Below, piece after piece: positions 47,201 to 57,688 of a stretch of 64,000 nt of DNA. Position 1 is the stretch's first letter. The number at the start of each line of letters is the position of its first letter. Both the position numbers and the translations under genes were made by a program. Location: NCBI GenBank assembly GCA_000002435.2, contig CM018793.1, one strand, 5' to 3'. Origin of the DNA: Giardia intestinalis. Its lineage: Eukaryota. The notes beneath the pieces were generated by a model, which did no database searches, was not told the DNA's origin, and saw nothing but the letters and a program-made list of their open reading frames with translations.

Positions 47201-50200
47201 AGATATTTGCAGATGTCACCATATCCGAGGAATCGAAATCTTTCCTCTATAACTGTAGAAAGCAGAATTATCTCTTTACGATCTTCCTCCCAACAATTAC
47301 AAGCACATCAAGCACAACAGGCAACATCCATCGTTTAAGTTTTGCCTATGACAGAGCGGCAAGCCTCACTAGCCCCCTGAGAATTCTACGGATGAAGGTG
47401 CTAATCCACCTGGCTCGGATGCTTTTCCCTGTCCATCTGTATGTGGATAGTATTTACCCAATCCAGCTTGTCCCATGCTACAAGTTTTATACACTTGGAA
47501 GAAGCTATATAGAAAATGCCACAAACCGTGTTTCTATGATCTATAGTCCTGAATTTTTATTAAAAAGACAAAAGGACTCGGAGGTCCGTGTAATTAGTAA
47601 GAACACGAGCCTGAAGAAAAGCATACAAGCAATGTATCATCAAGAGCCTCTCTACCTATATTGTCTTGCTCAGAATGCTCTAACTATAAAGACACAAGAC
47701 AAAATGGATAGCTCTATTCTGCAGTTTGTTAACGTAGAGTATTTATTTATGCAGGCTGCATTTACTGGTATCAGTAGCTCCTATCTATCGTTCTTCTATC
47801 GCTTGTACTATACCAATAACGTCTCCTTTTTCACCCACTTGCTATCTCTCTCGAAACACTCCAGCGACGCCGATTTTCCAGTGGATCTGACAACGAAACT
47901 GGACAAGCACGGATCCAGCCTTTCTACTATTCCTGGGTCCATAGCTATCAATGGACTATCAATAGCTTTGAACTGCCACACCTTATCAGATCAAACGGCG
48001 GATGCCTACGCAGTGATTGATAGGTTGCTAGGTGGAATGTATTCGGTTCAAATACCGATCTATACTTGGCTGGAAATGGCAAAGATACGCCTCTCTACAT
48101 GCACTGTTTATTTGGAGCTTTTGCGCGGACTTAACTCTGACATATTTTCAAGATACGAGAGTGTGCCTGCAATCACCAGCAGCCACTCTGTCCCCATGGA
48201 AATGTCAAGCATACCAAGCATACCATCGGGTTTGGAACTGGATGCTGATGAGAAACGGACTCCATTGGTATTTGAACACGGCATTACAAACGCAGAAAGG
48301 CAGGACAAAACGCGTCTCAGACACGGGCACTCCTTTAATGTGTCTACACTTGAAGATTACCACCGTCTGCATGATGCCATTGCCGAGCTGCTCTCTGTAT
48401 GCCAAACCCTCCTGGATAAACAAGTGAGTGAGCTAGGATTTCCTAATGAATCACATGAGGTCCAGATGACAAGAATATTAGATGGTTGTAAGAGCTTTTT
48501 TAGGCATTACTATGTGTTCTCCACGCAGCACTTGCTTCACGTTGTCTTTGATCTTCCTGGTATAGTGAAGTACGCTCCTCGCAACACTCGTAGTAAGCCT
48601 ATTTATCGTTATCGCAACGGTATCCCAGAGCTCATTACTCACTCACGAAAGTATTCTAATCATCCGACTGATACCCTAGATGCAGCAAGCGCTGATACTG
48701 AAGAACTTGGGAGCGAGTCTAGCAGCGACTATCTGGAATCTCCCCCCTTGCGTCTGGAGCCTGACATTGAGGACAGTGGGTCCGATGTCCAGGACAATTC
48801 TACTGCCTTTGTGGCACACTCCCCGGCGCTAGCATTGGATGGCTTCAACAAGTTATTTATTCCGCAGCTCCCTCACATGGCGACCTCCTCCCACCCAAAA
48901 GCCTTAGTGATTTCCAAAAAGCAGATTGCGGCTAATTTATTTGCTATTTATGAGCATGTGATCCTAGAGAATGATATGTTGGAGACTATATTATTAAATA
49001 ATATTACCATCAACGGACTGCCATCAATTGACATCAATGGCATGCCCTTTTCTCTTCTATCTCTTTTGGGAAAGACCCCATCTCGGTGTGTCGATGGTTC
49101 CCCGACAAAAGACTCGAGCGATACCCCGCACGGGTGTACCCCTACCACGTCCATAGACGTAGCCAAATTGCAAGATTTACTGAGCTCACATGCACAAGCA
49201 CTAGCAAAAGAGAAATACATTGATAAGCTCATGCAGCATTTTAGCTCTCGATCTCTCTATGACAAGGTGGGCTCTGATCATTACTCGCAAATCTCCGCGC
49301 CTCGTCTGCGTCAAATTATTCTCTCTCTTATTACAGATAATGCAAGCGACTACCAGAGTAGTGCTTCGGGTTACGGTAACATGTCCTTGGATAATGCCCC
49401 GCCCTCGTCGAGCGTCTTGGATTCCGAGCCATGTGCTGGTGCGGCTCCGGCCCTCCCCAATGTATCGGCAACATTTAGCGCAACGTTTAGCACCAGTGCC
49501 AGCACAACCTATTCTCACGTAACAGAGGCCCAAAACACGTTTACTGAGCCCCTAGTTTCTGCTAAAGACTTCGCATTCTTGGGGCCAACAATGGCGAGTA
49601 ATGTAGATCGGTTTGGCATAAAGAGGAAAGCAGGCTACAAGTCCTCCAAGCTTTCAAGTTGGAAGTTCTCGCTTTCCTCATTAAACTCATCAAAGCTACT
49701 TCGTAGGTTTATCAGCAAAGGAAGCAAGAGCTCATCGCTGTCTCTTTTGGAACCGGAAAAAATCAAGCTCTTCTTAAAAGCAGGTTCCGCATATGTCCCA
49801 TTTGATTTTCCTCTTTCAGGCGGCTCAGTGTCATCTTCACTTGCAAGCGATCCTGTTAGCACGCAGCAGCTACTCCTTGCGATGATTGTGATGCTCAATT
49901 TACTTCACCTGTACTCCTCTTCTAACGTGCTCACAACTTATGAATATCGTGGCCGGCAGCTTCTAACTCTTCAGCAAAATCGCTTCATTGTGGACTCGAC
50001 TGGAGAGTATTATCCGGCAGCCTATAGACAAGAGCTAGAGCAATCCTATACCCTTAACTTTAATACTCAAAATCCAGACGACGCTGTCAAGAAGTTTATC
50101 TATTGCTTTGATGAATCCTTCACGGGACTGTTCCCAATCAAAAGCCCGATCCTGTGCAAGCGCTACCTTAACACAGACTTTGATCTGACGATACCTATTG

Positions 50201-53200
50201 ATGGTATGAAGTATATCCACGTGTCAGATTCCCCCAGTAACCTTCTAGCACCTACATCGCGCTCTAAGTGGCTTGAGAACTTAAAGCAGCCAGATTTCAA
50301 TACACCAATCAACGTTTATGAATGTATAGAAGCACAAGTATCAATGAACATGGGATTCTCGCTGATTAGATATAGACTGAGGTTTAGGAACTTGCTACTA
50401 TATAATAGTATTGTCTTCGACACTCTTATTCAGTTGCGGAATATAATTAGGGTAGATAGCACCTTGAGAGCAAAGATACATGCCTATAAGATGCTCCCTC
50501 GCTTAGGAATGTTCTCTAACCACTCTGATGTCCTGCTAAAGAGCTTCTTTGAGAAAATAATAAATATCCAGGACTCCATTCTTACATCAGATCCATCTGC
50601 ACTCCACATACCTCATGGTGGGGCCACCATGAAGGCCTCAATTGCTGACACGAGAAACAGCGCGCCCACACCCATGCTAATCCATCACTGTAAGCGCCTC
50701 CACGAGTGCCTAGATGTACTGTGCAGATATGAGCACATCCTTCAGAGTCTTTGGACCATGAGACTTACGCTGTTGCGCCACAGCTATGCAGAAGAGGACT
50801 TTCTTCTTCTGCTACAAAACGAGTGTCTCAGAGCCCTCTCCACAAGCTATGGGATTCCCAGTGAGTACTTCTTTGCGCTCTTTTCTAATATTATGAACTT
50901 GGACCCCGAGACGAAGCAGTGCTACATGTCCTCGTCCATAGAGCATGCGTTCCCGAAACATTATGCACTATTGTACCAATTACGATCCAGTAACCAAGAT
51001 GATAGGGAGGTTACTCTATCGTATCCACTATTGGATGAAAGCACATATGCCCGACAGCAAAACGTTATTCGTTACTTTTCGGCGATGGAGTATGACGCAA
51101 AGAGAATCGAGACGGCAAACAGAAAGTTCTTTATCACGATAGCAGAGCTGTTCGCATTAGGAAAAGATCCGCTCGGGCAGATAGAACATATCTTGGCAGC
51201 GTCACCCAGGGCCGCAGGAGCTTACATTCTCGGACCAACTTTTGATACCTTACAATTATTTAAAGGAACTATTGGGGTTGATGCGGCTTTTCCTCACTCC
51301 AATATCTCAATTGCAACAAAAGACCCTCTAGACAAAGCCGAGGAACCCAAGGATTTCGATGATCTTGCATATTCTAGCTCAGTCTTAACAGATGACCCAA
51401 CCAATAGCCTGTGTCCTTCGTCAGAGACGACCTTATCAATGACGCAAAATTCTCATCCTCCATTGGCCAAAACAACCGCCAAAGACGTGCAGCATTCTGA
51501 TTTTCAGAGTATCTTTCGCAAAGACAACTCCACAATATCAAATGTTAAGGATGACTCGTTCAATCGGAACAAACGTAGCTGTGGAAAACCAGATCTTAAT
51601 TCAGGAGCCTGTGCGCGCATACATACGCAACATTGGCGGATTGTAGCTTGTCTCTATACAAACAGCTCACTGATCCTGATAACGCTCTTTTACATTTTCC
51701 TTGTGTGCTACCTTCTCTTTATCTACTCATACTCCCTAACAAACCACGTAATAGCTAAGAGCTTGCTTCAGCAAGGCGGGCATATCTCAGGCATGATGGC
51801 GGCCCTCTCAGACTTGCAGACTGAGATAAACATGAATGTGGCCCTCCAGCAAACCAAGAATAATCCCTTTGAGATTCTTTCCAGCTATGCCGAACGGTTT
51901 AATGAAATTGCAAACAATGCTTATTCTGCCCACGTAATCACGGCTGCCATGTACAATGGTTTATCTATTAACGATGTTGTTCAAAGGGAGCTGGAGCTCT
52001 CTGCCTTCTGGCCACCCCCGATGTTATACTATTCTGGAGAGCAGATAATGAACGTAGAAGACTTGAATGTTAATAGTGGTCATCAAAATATCACTTGCAC
52101 AGTTACAATGGGTACCCTTTCCGACCAGTCTATTGCCACCTTGACGAACTCCAGGGACAAGTGGCCAGCGAACTTAAGCTATTTGAAATCGAAATTATTG
52201 CCACTTAAAAATCTAAAGTACCTTTTAAACTTTAAAGTTTGGACGCAGACAAGGGATTTTCTACAATTGCAACAATCAGATATAAAAGAGTACCTCGACA
52301 CTTACAATGAGTTTAGCATAGGACTATATGATGGGAGCTTCCGTAATTTTATCACTAACTACCCTGTTACAATCCCAATTACCTCATCTTATTCGATTGA
52401 GCAACCAGATGGCACACTAAAAGACCAACTCAATTCTCACAGTACTAATTATTTTGAAACTACTGATATACTCGTCAATAGGGTAGTGTGCATAGCTGCC
52501 TCTATGATATATATTTCTCAGCAAGCCTCTAGCTTTAATCCTCAATACATATCCTCCAAAGAGTCCTCAATGTTGACTCTTTATAGGCCAATGGCCAGCC
52601 TGATGTTGGAAACAGATTTCTTACAAACAACTTACCAGAGCATGTATGTTAATCTTCAAGAGATTATGATAAACACGTGGGCAATGTACTCTAGATACAC
52701 GCTTAACAGGCTGGTTCTTCTTGCATTTACATTTCTGGCAGTTGGACTTTTTATTCCCCTCTATTACTTAAGCTTTCAGAGAGTGCAGCGAAGGCTTTTG
52801 AAGGCAAAGCTTGACCGCGCCTGCACCCTTGCCAACATCCTCTCCTTACCAAAAGCTATATTAGAGAGCCTAATGGACAATTATGCTCAAGCCTCGATGA
52901 TCCCCTTCAAGCAATTCTTGTGGGGGAATAAGGGGTATTCGGCAACAGACATAGACTTGCCCAGAGAATACTACTCCGACATATACTCATATACTCAGAG
53001 CAAATCAGTGTACAATCAGACACACTTTAACTTGGCGGAGCTCACCATACATTCCTCCAAAGTCATTGAAAATAACGTGAAAATCAAGCAACACAACGAC
53101 CCCGACTGCAGCTTAAAATTTTATTCGCACACAGACGAGATCTCCCTTATTCTTCGCCTTGTTGCTATCTACGACAATTTAAGCAATAGCAAGATGCACA

Positions 53201-55971
53201 TCTTATTATATACCTTTGCCTGTATGGTGTTCTTTTTCTTTTTCATCGTTAACATGACATTTCCACTTCATTTTCGGAGTCCCTTTGTCTCCTCTGGGCT
53301 AGACATCAACAGCTACTACGGACACTGGGGTAACATCTCTCACTTAGCTTTCCAGCTTCCTGTCAATGGCTGGGACTCTGCAACGATATATACGGAGCAA
53401 CTAGCGCAGCGGCAACTATATAACATTAGCCAAATCACAAAGTATTGGGCAGCAGTCCAGTCAACCCCGTCTTCTTTTATCGTCGATGGCAGCGACCTAG
53501 TGGCATACATGACTGGAATTCGCGCCACCGAATTTGCTTCCGACAAACTTTATTCCCCATTCTACATTAACAAGTACATGGATGAGCTTGTGCAGACACC
53601 GTTTCTATATGCTTTTGACTACATTAAGGATCATACTAAACTGGTTGTGTCGCTTCTGCAATGGTTAGATGATGTCAGCTTTATAAGCTCCGCATCCTAT
53701 GGCGCCTCGAGATGCTTGGAATGTACCACAATATACTACCTCTTGCAGTATGTTCTAAAAGTCTCTCCTGTGTCGCTAATATACCAGATAGAACTATTAT
53801 CCCATCTTTCTAGCGTCAGCACAGAGGATCTTATAAAAGCTGACTATTATCTGGATTTCTTCACGGTACACAAACGCTTTTTAGACGTGTTTTCAAATAT
53901 TCATGATAAGCTGTGGCAGGGACTTGCCTCTTCTGCAGACGTATCCACCATTTCTGCATTTATGCAGCGCTATAAGTACTTTGCCAACTATAATACCACA
54001 GGGGCTGCCAATTACGATGAAAGCGCAGCTATTGCCCTGGTGAACAGTGTGCCGCCTAATACTGCCCTACCGAGCATGATCAGCAAGCATGGAAACCTTG
54101 TGCGCAAATTACTCGAACGTCTCTATGGAGGGTCTATTATTTTTGATGCTATCATCTTCTTGCTATTCTTGATCTCCTTGACTGCATACTTAATAGTAGG
54201 CTGTGTATTTGTATACAAGAGCGTTCTGTTGACGGTTAGAATGTATACGAAAATCTCTGCTGTCACACGGTGCGCGTGTAGTATCAAATACCTTGTTTCT
54301 TGCTTTCTGCCCCTTGACTTAATGTTTTTGGTTCCGGCTCTGTTAGTCGTGGCCCTTATTATGTCGCTGCCGATCATTTATGACGCAAGCACAACCATGG
54401 TAGCAATACTTGGCAACTACATAAACTATCCTCTATCTGCTGAGGCCATTTTGCGTGAAAATGCCGCATTTTCTCATCAGCTGACTCCTTTGTCATATAC
54501 AAAGTTCTCCACGATGCAGACTATCACAAACTACCTTGCTCTTCTAATCTTCTTGTTGTCCTCGCTGTCTCACCACGTAATTCTTCGTAGCAGAACGGTT
54601 ATTGATACCGTAGGCTACATCAGGTATACCAAGGGACAAGAGCAAGAGCTGTTCAACGCAGAGAAGAATCCATTTGTGCTTTCTATTAAGGAAAAGGTTA
54701 CTATCTGCAGGCCTGCGAACAACTCGGCTATGGATCATGACAAAAATGATGATAGTAACGACAGTAACGCTTACTTTAATTTGTATGATGATTATATACC
54801 TACAGCTGATAGTCTAGCATGCGATGATGCTAAAAGCATTGGGAAGGCTGGCGCCCATAAGCCAAATAAGGACCCTTTCCTGCGAGAAGAGTGCGAAACA
54901 ACTGCTACTTATGACCTACCCGTTTTTCTTCCACCGTTGTTCATACCTAAACAGAAGTTGGAATATGTTGAGGTCTTCTTGCGCTACGCTCTGATCTGCT
55001 TGCTTATCTGTTCAATACACTTACTTCTTTCTGCATCTCGTTTGGCAGACTACAATCCAAGGAACATCCCAATTGCGTTTCTTGATCAATTAATACATAA
55101 TTATAATGTGCTACGGGGGCAACTCTCACAGATGTATGCATATCCGCCGACAAAGTACAGAGAGTCCCATCTGATCGTCACTACCTTTAGATGCTTTAGA
55201 CAACTGATCACCTTTCTCTTGGCCAACAAGTACACGCAAAGGACCCTATCCATCCCCATTCAAAGCATGCGCGTCTTCAAAAATATAGGCATAGACAACG
55301 CCTTCTACCAGTATGGCCAACACATTAAAGACTTTCTCCAGTCAAACATATATGGCTATACCAATAAAGTGATGGACTTCTCAGGATCAAGTGTGGAATA
55401 TGACCCCGTAATGCCGACCACGTGGATGAGTGGGAGCAAGTATTATAACATGTGGTCCAACCTTCCACCTAACAACAGGTCACGACTGTTTGTGTCAACC
55501 AAGATTCCTAACTATCACAAAGACGGGTTTGCTGACAACAGTGTCCTTTTTCCGCTCTACCAAAAGCTTCTTCTTTTTGAGTATGCATACTATCAGCCGA
55601 ACTTCGCCAATATTCAGAAGGACCTGGATAACTTGTTAACGCGCTCGGCTACTGGTACGTATGGATATAACTTTCCTAATTTTCTCCCTGAGCACAAGAA
55701 GATCATATTCTTTGACATACTGAGGAACCAGATGTGGACGGAGAGCCTCTATTGTAACCATTACCTTAGAATGGCCGGCATACTTCTACACTCTATTTCA
55801 ATCCTCCGAGCGCTCACAGAGCTGTCGGTTCTTTTAATTATCATTCTAGTTGTTGCAATTATTCATATAACGGCATACAAGCTTCTGTTACTGTTTTACA
55901 ATAAGAAGTTGACTCTATATGAGGTTTTTACGGTCCTGTTGTTGAAGCGGATTCGTGGCCTCGTGAATTAG
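44266..55971 (+). CDS. Giant polytopic membrane protein of unknown function (~3901 aa)
   Basis: 11.7-kb uninterrupted ORF. N-terminal ~330 aa has at least 8 hydrophobic helices. Further TM-like helices near residues ~2480, ~2820, ~3010, ~3310-3400, ~3620 and ~3890. An internal Cys/His cluster lies at 46.49-46.67 kb. Confidence 0.65.
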   Translation: MLEVFISVFVFLRHHSFDASPAVLLMSIFWVIAGTTLLLSPQLGSPYLLSHYIYNVIMSMLLIKDVYFFPSKASVLLLLIPLLNLLPLFMIILIRFFTPRPPNTFIYILCYLTQIFMFLWLEGCGPYAFYKLSGSLALLLKRIAEGIATRGFFPAIFSTDSLVLIYYSVLTVFHYQINLSFMHAQNTAAIRETKLFFAPSFIPLQRFRLLYLISLIVQQFFENIVFSIYFVYCALVFVNAYLIASRGSLSHVHNGPWITLSLSTFILFYSCYNILITIFPLIVGKVSRYSTLLMICLPISLAVSVGVTVTLLVLGKRIRINVINDHKRIKVRHSSSFRGRHRCLTIRLLSTIPAKNVSVKVLTSDGHHPAMQKDTAVLLDPTAIQNYTLHTPLSKSMVMILAFYFDIHTVASFVLPNDYTFTTDDINSLVYLIKDSKSTRRLPEERVKERPGAHPNSIVSLPQLHSDANNLIGSPPLTSSIVDSSNIERPRSASATHRHTTFLHHAFSIPDTSLTMNREALAVEHLVSCSTDAPAPCYKSSNDALTYPSNSSSEDSPNLYGISATQGANCPLPTGHTSKASTTPKTGCETPKELPLTPNQKIFRDFLGTLDPQKIFTYVVQAENLLEDFRLFYENIYASLFLSYCAASQTLESMTLLDIEECLPIPLLLRYLRAWKTPSDAYNSIIYYIDQLKSVDDLKREYQAARATRRELEHASTAPNATRSLTLKPIFVEARKIPSFTCSNSCTNCPRCRVHAVCNHCHAKIAILLKSTFNFVMGRMKTDKPPSRGFNCPDCNRPCSLKIVESLSKKQNRKIPGTTLHTTSVKPRIPQNYTTFLNKLTPLGRRIQTPTAYSRKKLPAVDFLSFETVSEQTDANLPHSRQHSKRLSRDVVQLLLKAFINDMENSINEETPMICEWATQKYASTNATDQASLDAKQRPNSNTDSKMFSRDQNIGLLHKSYSVISPQNFNGSIYFLSPEIFADVTISEESKSFLYNCRKQNYLFTIFLPTITSTSSTTGNIHRLSFAYDRAASLTSPLRILRMKVLIHLARMLFPVHLYVDSIYPIQLVPCYKFYTLGRSYIENATNRVSMIYSPEFLLKRQKDSEVRVISKNTSLKKSIQAMYHQEPLYLYCLAQNALTIKTQDKMDSSILQFVNVEYLFMQAAFTGISSSYLSFFYRLYYTNNVSFFTHLLSLSKHSSDADFPVDLTTKLDKHGSSLSTIPGSIAINGLSIALNCHTLSDQTADAYAVIDRLLGGMYSVQIPIYTWLEMAKIRLSTCTVYLELLRGLNSDIFSRYESVPAITSSHSVPMEMSSIPSIPSGLELDADEKRTPLVFEHGITNAERQDKTRLRHGHSFNVSTLEDYHRLHDAIAELLSVCQTLLDKQVSELGFPNESHEVQMTRILDGCKSFFRHYYVFSTQHLLHVVFDLPGIVKYAPRNTRSKPIYRYRNGIPELITHSRKYSNHPTDTLDAASADTEELGSESSSDYLESPPLRLEPDIEDSGSDVQDNSTAFVAHSPALALDGFNKLFIPQLPHMATSSHPKALVISKKQIAANLFAIYEHVILENDMLETILLNNITINGLPSIDINGMPFSLLSLLGKTPSRCVDGSPTKDSSDTPHGCTPTTSIDVAKLQDLLSSHAQALAKEKYIDKLMQHFSSRSLYDKVGSDHYSQISAPRLRQIILSLITDNASDYQSSASGYGNMSLDNAPPSSSVLDSEPCAGAAPALPNVSATFSATFSTSASTTYSHVTEAQNTFTEPLVSAKDFAFLGPTMASNVDRFGIKRKAGYKSSKLSSWKFSLSSLNSSKLLRRFISKGSKSSSLSLLEPEKIKLFLKAGSAYVPFDFPLSGGSVSSSLASDPVSTQQLLLAMIVMLNLLHLYSSSNVLTTYEYRGRQLLTLQQNRFIVDSTGEYYPAAYRQELEQSYTLNFNTQNPDDAVKKFIYCFDESFTGLFPIKSPILCKRYLNTDFDLTIPIDGMKYIHVSDSPSNLLAPTSRSKWLENLKQPDFNTPINVYECIEAQVSMNMGFSLIRYRLRFRNLLLYNSIVFDTLIQLRNIIRVDSTLRAKIHAYKMLPRLGMFSNHSDVLLKSFFEKIINIQDSILTSDPSALHIPHGGATMKASIADTRNSAPTPMLIHHCKRLHECLDVLCRYEHILQSLWTMRLTLLRHSYAEEDFLLLLQNECLRALSTSYGIPSEYFFALFSNIMNLDPETKQCYMSSSIEHAFPKHYALLYQLRSSNQDDREVTLSYPLLDESTYARQQNVIRYFSAMEYDAKRIETANRKFFITIAELFALGKDPLGQIEHILAASPRAAGAYILGPTFDTLQLFKGTIGVDAAFPHSNISIATKDPLDKAEEPKDFDDLAYSSSVLTDDPTNSLCPSSETTLSMTQNSHPPLAKTTAKDVQHSDFQSIFRKDNSTISNVKDDSFNRNKRSCGKPDLNSGACARIHTQHWRIVACLYTNSSLILITLFYIFLVCYLLFIYSYSLTNHVIAKSLLQQGGHISGMMAALSDLQTEINMNVALQQTKNNPFEILSSYAERFNEIANNAYSAHVITAAMYNGLSINDVVQRELELSAFWPPPMLYYSGEQIMNVEDLNVNSGHQNITCTVTMGTLSDQSIATLTNSRDKWPANLSYLKSKLLPLKNLKYLLNFKVWTQTRDFLQLQQSDIKEYLDTYNEFSIGLYDGSFRNFITNYPVTIPITSSYSIEQPDGTLKDQLNSHSTNYFETTDILVNRVVCIAASMIYISQQASSFNPQYISSKESSMLTLYRPMASLMLETDFLQTTYQSMYVNLQEIMINTWAMYSRYTLNRLVLLAFTFLAVGLFIPLYYLSFQRVQRRLLKAKLDRACTLANILSLPKAILESLMDNYAQASMIPFKQFLWGNKGYSATDIDLPREYYSDIYSYTQSKSVYNQTHFNLAELTIHSSKVIENNVKIKQHNDPDCSLKFYSHTDEISLILRLVAIYDNLSNSKMHILLYTFACMVFFFFFIVNMTFPLHFRSPFVSSGLDINSYYGHWGNISHLAFQLPVNGWDSATIYTEQLAQRQLYNISQITKYWAAVQSTPSSFIVDGSDLVAYMTGIRATEFASDKLYSPFYINKYMDELVQTPFLYAFDYIKDHTKLVVSLLQWLDDVSFISSASYGASRCLECTTIYYLLQYVLKVSPVSLIYQIELLSHLSSVSTEDLIKADYYLDFFTVHKRFLDVFSNIHDKLWQGLASSADVSTISAFMQRYKYFANYNTTGAANYDESAAIALVNSVPPNTALPSMISKHGNLVRKLLERLYGGSIIFDAIIFLLFLISLTAYLIVGCVFVYKSVLLTVRMYTKISAVTRCACSIKYLVSCFLPLDLMFLVPALLVVALIMSLPIIYDASTTMVAILGNYINYPLSAEAILRENAAFSHQLTPLSYTKFSTMQTITNYLALLIFLLSSLSHHVILRSRTVIDTVGYIRYTKGQEQELFNAEKNPFVLSIKEKVTICRPANNSAMDHDKNDDSNDSNAYFNLYDDYIPTADSLACDDAKSIGKAGAHKPNKDPFLREECETTATYDLPVFLPPLFIPKQKLEYVEVFLRYALICLLICSIHLLLSASRLADYNPRNIPIAFLDQLIHNYNVLRGQLSQMYAYPPTKYRESHLIVTTFRCFRQLITFLLANKYTQRTLSIPIQSMRVFKNIGIDNAFYQYGQHIKDFLQSNIYGYTNKVMDFSGSSVEYDPVMPTTWMSGSKYYNMWSNLPPNNRSRLFVSTKIPNYHKDGFADNSVLFPLYQKLLLFEYAYYQPNFANIQKDLDNLLTRSATGTYGYNFPNFLPEHKKIIFFDILRNQMWTESLYCNHYLRMAGILLHSISILRALTELSVLLIIILVVAIIHITAYKLLLLFYNKKLTLYEVFTVLLLKRIRGLVN

Positions 55972-56140
55972 TGTTTCTTTTTTGACTACTATGAACGTTG
56001 TCTACCGACAATCGTTGCGAAGTCGTGGATACCACGGTTTGGGGTTCGCATAACTGTTCAGGTTCTAACTGATTAACCGACTATTTAATTTTGTCTTCAA
56101 TTACAATTAGACTTTTCCTTAAAAAGGCGAAAGATCCTGG

Positions 56141-57688
56141 ATGAGTGACCGACTTTTTCACAGTGGCTGGATTTTAAAGACTGACAGCGTGTCAGCGTCG
56201 CACGGTCATGGAGCAAAGCCTGTGTTAGCATCTCGGCGGGGCGGATCGGTGCCTAGCAATATTCGGCGCATAAGGACATTGAATCAATCTGGGCCGACTG
56301 TGGCGACGCCACCGTCAAAGCGACGCAATCATTTCAATGTCCCGGTAAGCCAGGTGATGTCGAAAGGGAACCTCCCTGGGCATGTTATTGCGTCAACTCC
56401 TGGGCACACCTTCGGAGAGACGTCAGAATCGCTCCAGCAGGACATGCGGCTAAGCAATCCGGCCCGGCAGAACACTCCGCAATCAAACATTTTCTCCGAA
56501 TCAGCCCTGCACCTCAGCGGCGAGCACATTAACATTGGACGCAGTAAAGAAAAGTCGTCCCGATTTGACGACTTCAGTCAGTACTACGCCGTTCTTGTGG
56601 GCACGATAGCTTCAGCGGACAATCCAGCTATTGCGGAAGTGAGTGAGTCATGTAACTTTTACACCGGCCTTACGGACAAGCAAGCTCTTGAGCTTAAGAG
56701 CCTCGTCAAAAATAAAATAGCAGCAAAGAACGCATTTGATGAAGTAAGTGTTGTGCAATTTCTCACGTCATTGTATTATTCTAACCAATCTCTCAATAAA
56801 GTCGGACTAGTAGAGCTTATTGAGGACTTAGGCGCTGCATATGTTGTCACTGACCCTCTGCGATTGATCAAAGAAAGAAATAAGAGAAAGGGCTTGAACA
56901 TTTACGGTGAACCATTGGAGGCAACTACTGCTCGAACTCTAGGTAAACCGCCAGAAGCTCCTCGCAAACAATCAAAGGAGCTGTCTCCGCAAGAGCTTCA
57001 GCTGAAAGATGAGCAAGTCATCAATCGGTTGGATTCTCCTGATCCCGTACCTATTTTATCTAGCATATCTTCAGTCTTACGCCAACGCCCAGAGGAGGTT
57101 TCTGTTGGAGTCGGCTCTATAAATATTACTACCAACGCAGACGAGCCAGAATCAGAAGAGGTCTCTGCTGCTGGAGCGCAACAATCGAGTAACAAATATG
57201 GGCTCAGACTCAACTTACTTCCCAATGCTCCTCCACTTATGCACGAATCGCTATTATTGTCGTCACGACGCCGATCTCCAAGTATTGTAGGGATGGGAGG
57301 AACTCCGCGACCTGATCCATATGCCAAAGCAACCTTTGTCGAAGGCTCAATCCCTCCTCAATCTGATATCGACCTTGTGGGTGGCACTCCACGTGTTTTT
57401 GATACCCAGCCGATTCAACATGCTAATCACGCTACCTCTCCTATCCGTAATAAAGATGCTATCACTATAAATTATGCAGAGGCCTCTGGTCTTCTGGGAG
57501 GACCTGACAAAAGCGGCATATCTCTTGTTACGGAGGATTACCAACGCGATCATTGCAATCTCGGTAATTATACTCTAAATTATCTCACGGGCCTCGAGAG
57601 CGAATCCATAATAGGATATGAAGGTCCAGCAGATACCAACAAAGAGCCCTATGTAATGGGCCGTTTTATAGATCCATATGACAATTAA
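56141..57688 (+). CDS. Hypothetical protein (515 aa), largely low-complexity/polar
   Basis: Uninterrupted ORF with ATG at 56141 and no recognisable domain. It is the last long ORF before the ORF-free terminal region. Confidence 0.5.
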   Translation: MSDRLFHSGWILKTDSVSASHGHGAKPVLASRRGGSVPSNIRRIRTLNQSGPTVATPPSKRRNHFNVPVSQVMSKGNLPGHVIASTPGHTFGETSESLQQDMRLSNPARQNTPQSNIFSESALHLSGEHINIGRSKEKSSRFDDFSQYYAVLVGTIASADNPAIAEVSESCNFYTGLTDKQALELKSLVKNKIAAKNAFDEVSVVQFLTSLYYSNQSLNKVGLVELIEDLGAAYVVTDPLRLIKERNKRKGLNIYGEPLEATTARTLGKPPEAPRKQSKELSPQELQLKDEQVINRLDSPDPVPILSSISSVLRQRPEEVSVGVGSINITTNADEPESEEVSAAGAQQSSNKYGLRLNLLPNAPPLMHESLLLSSRRRSPSIVGMGGTPRPDPYAKATFVEGSIPPQSDIDLVGGTPRVFDTQPIQHANHATSPIRNKDAITINYAEASGLLGGPDKSGISLVTEDYQRDHCNLGNYTLNYLTGLESESIIGYEGPADTNKEPYVMGRFIDPYDN

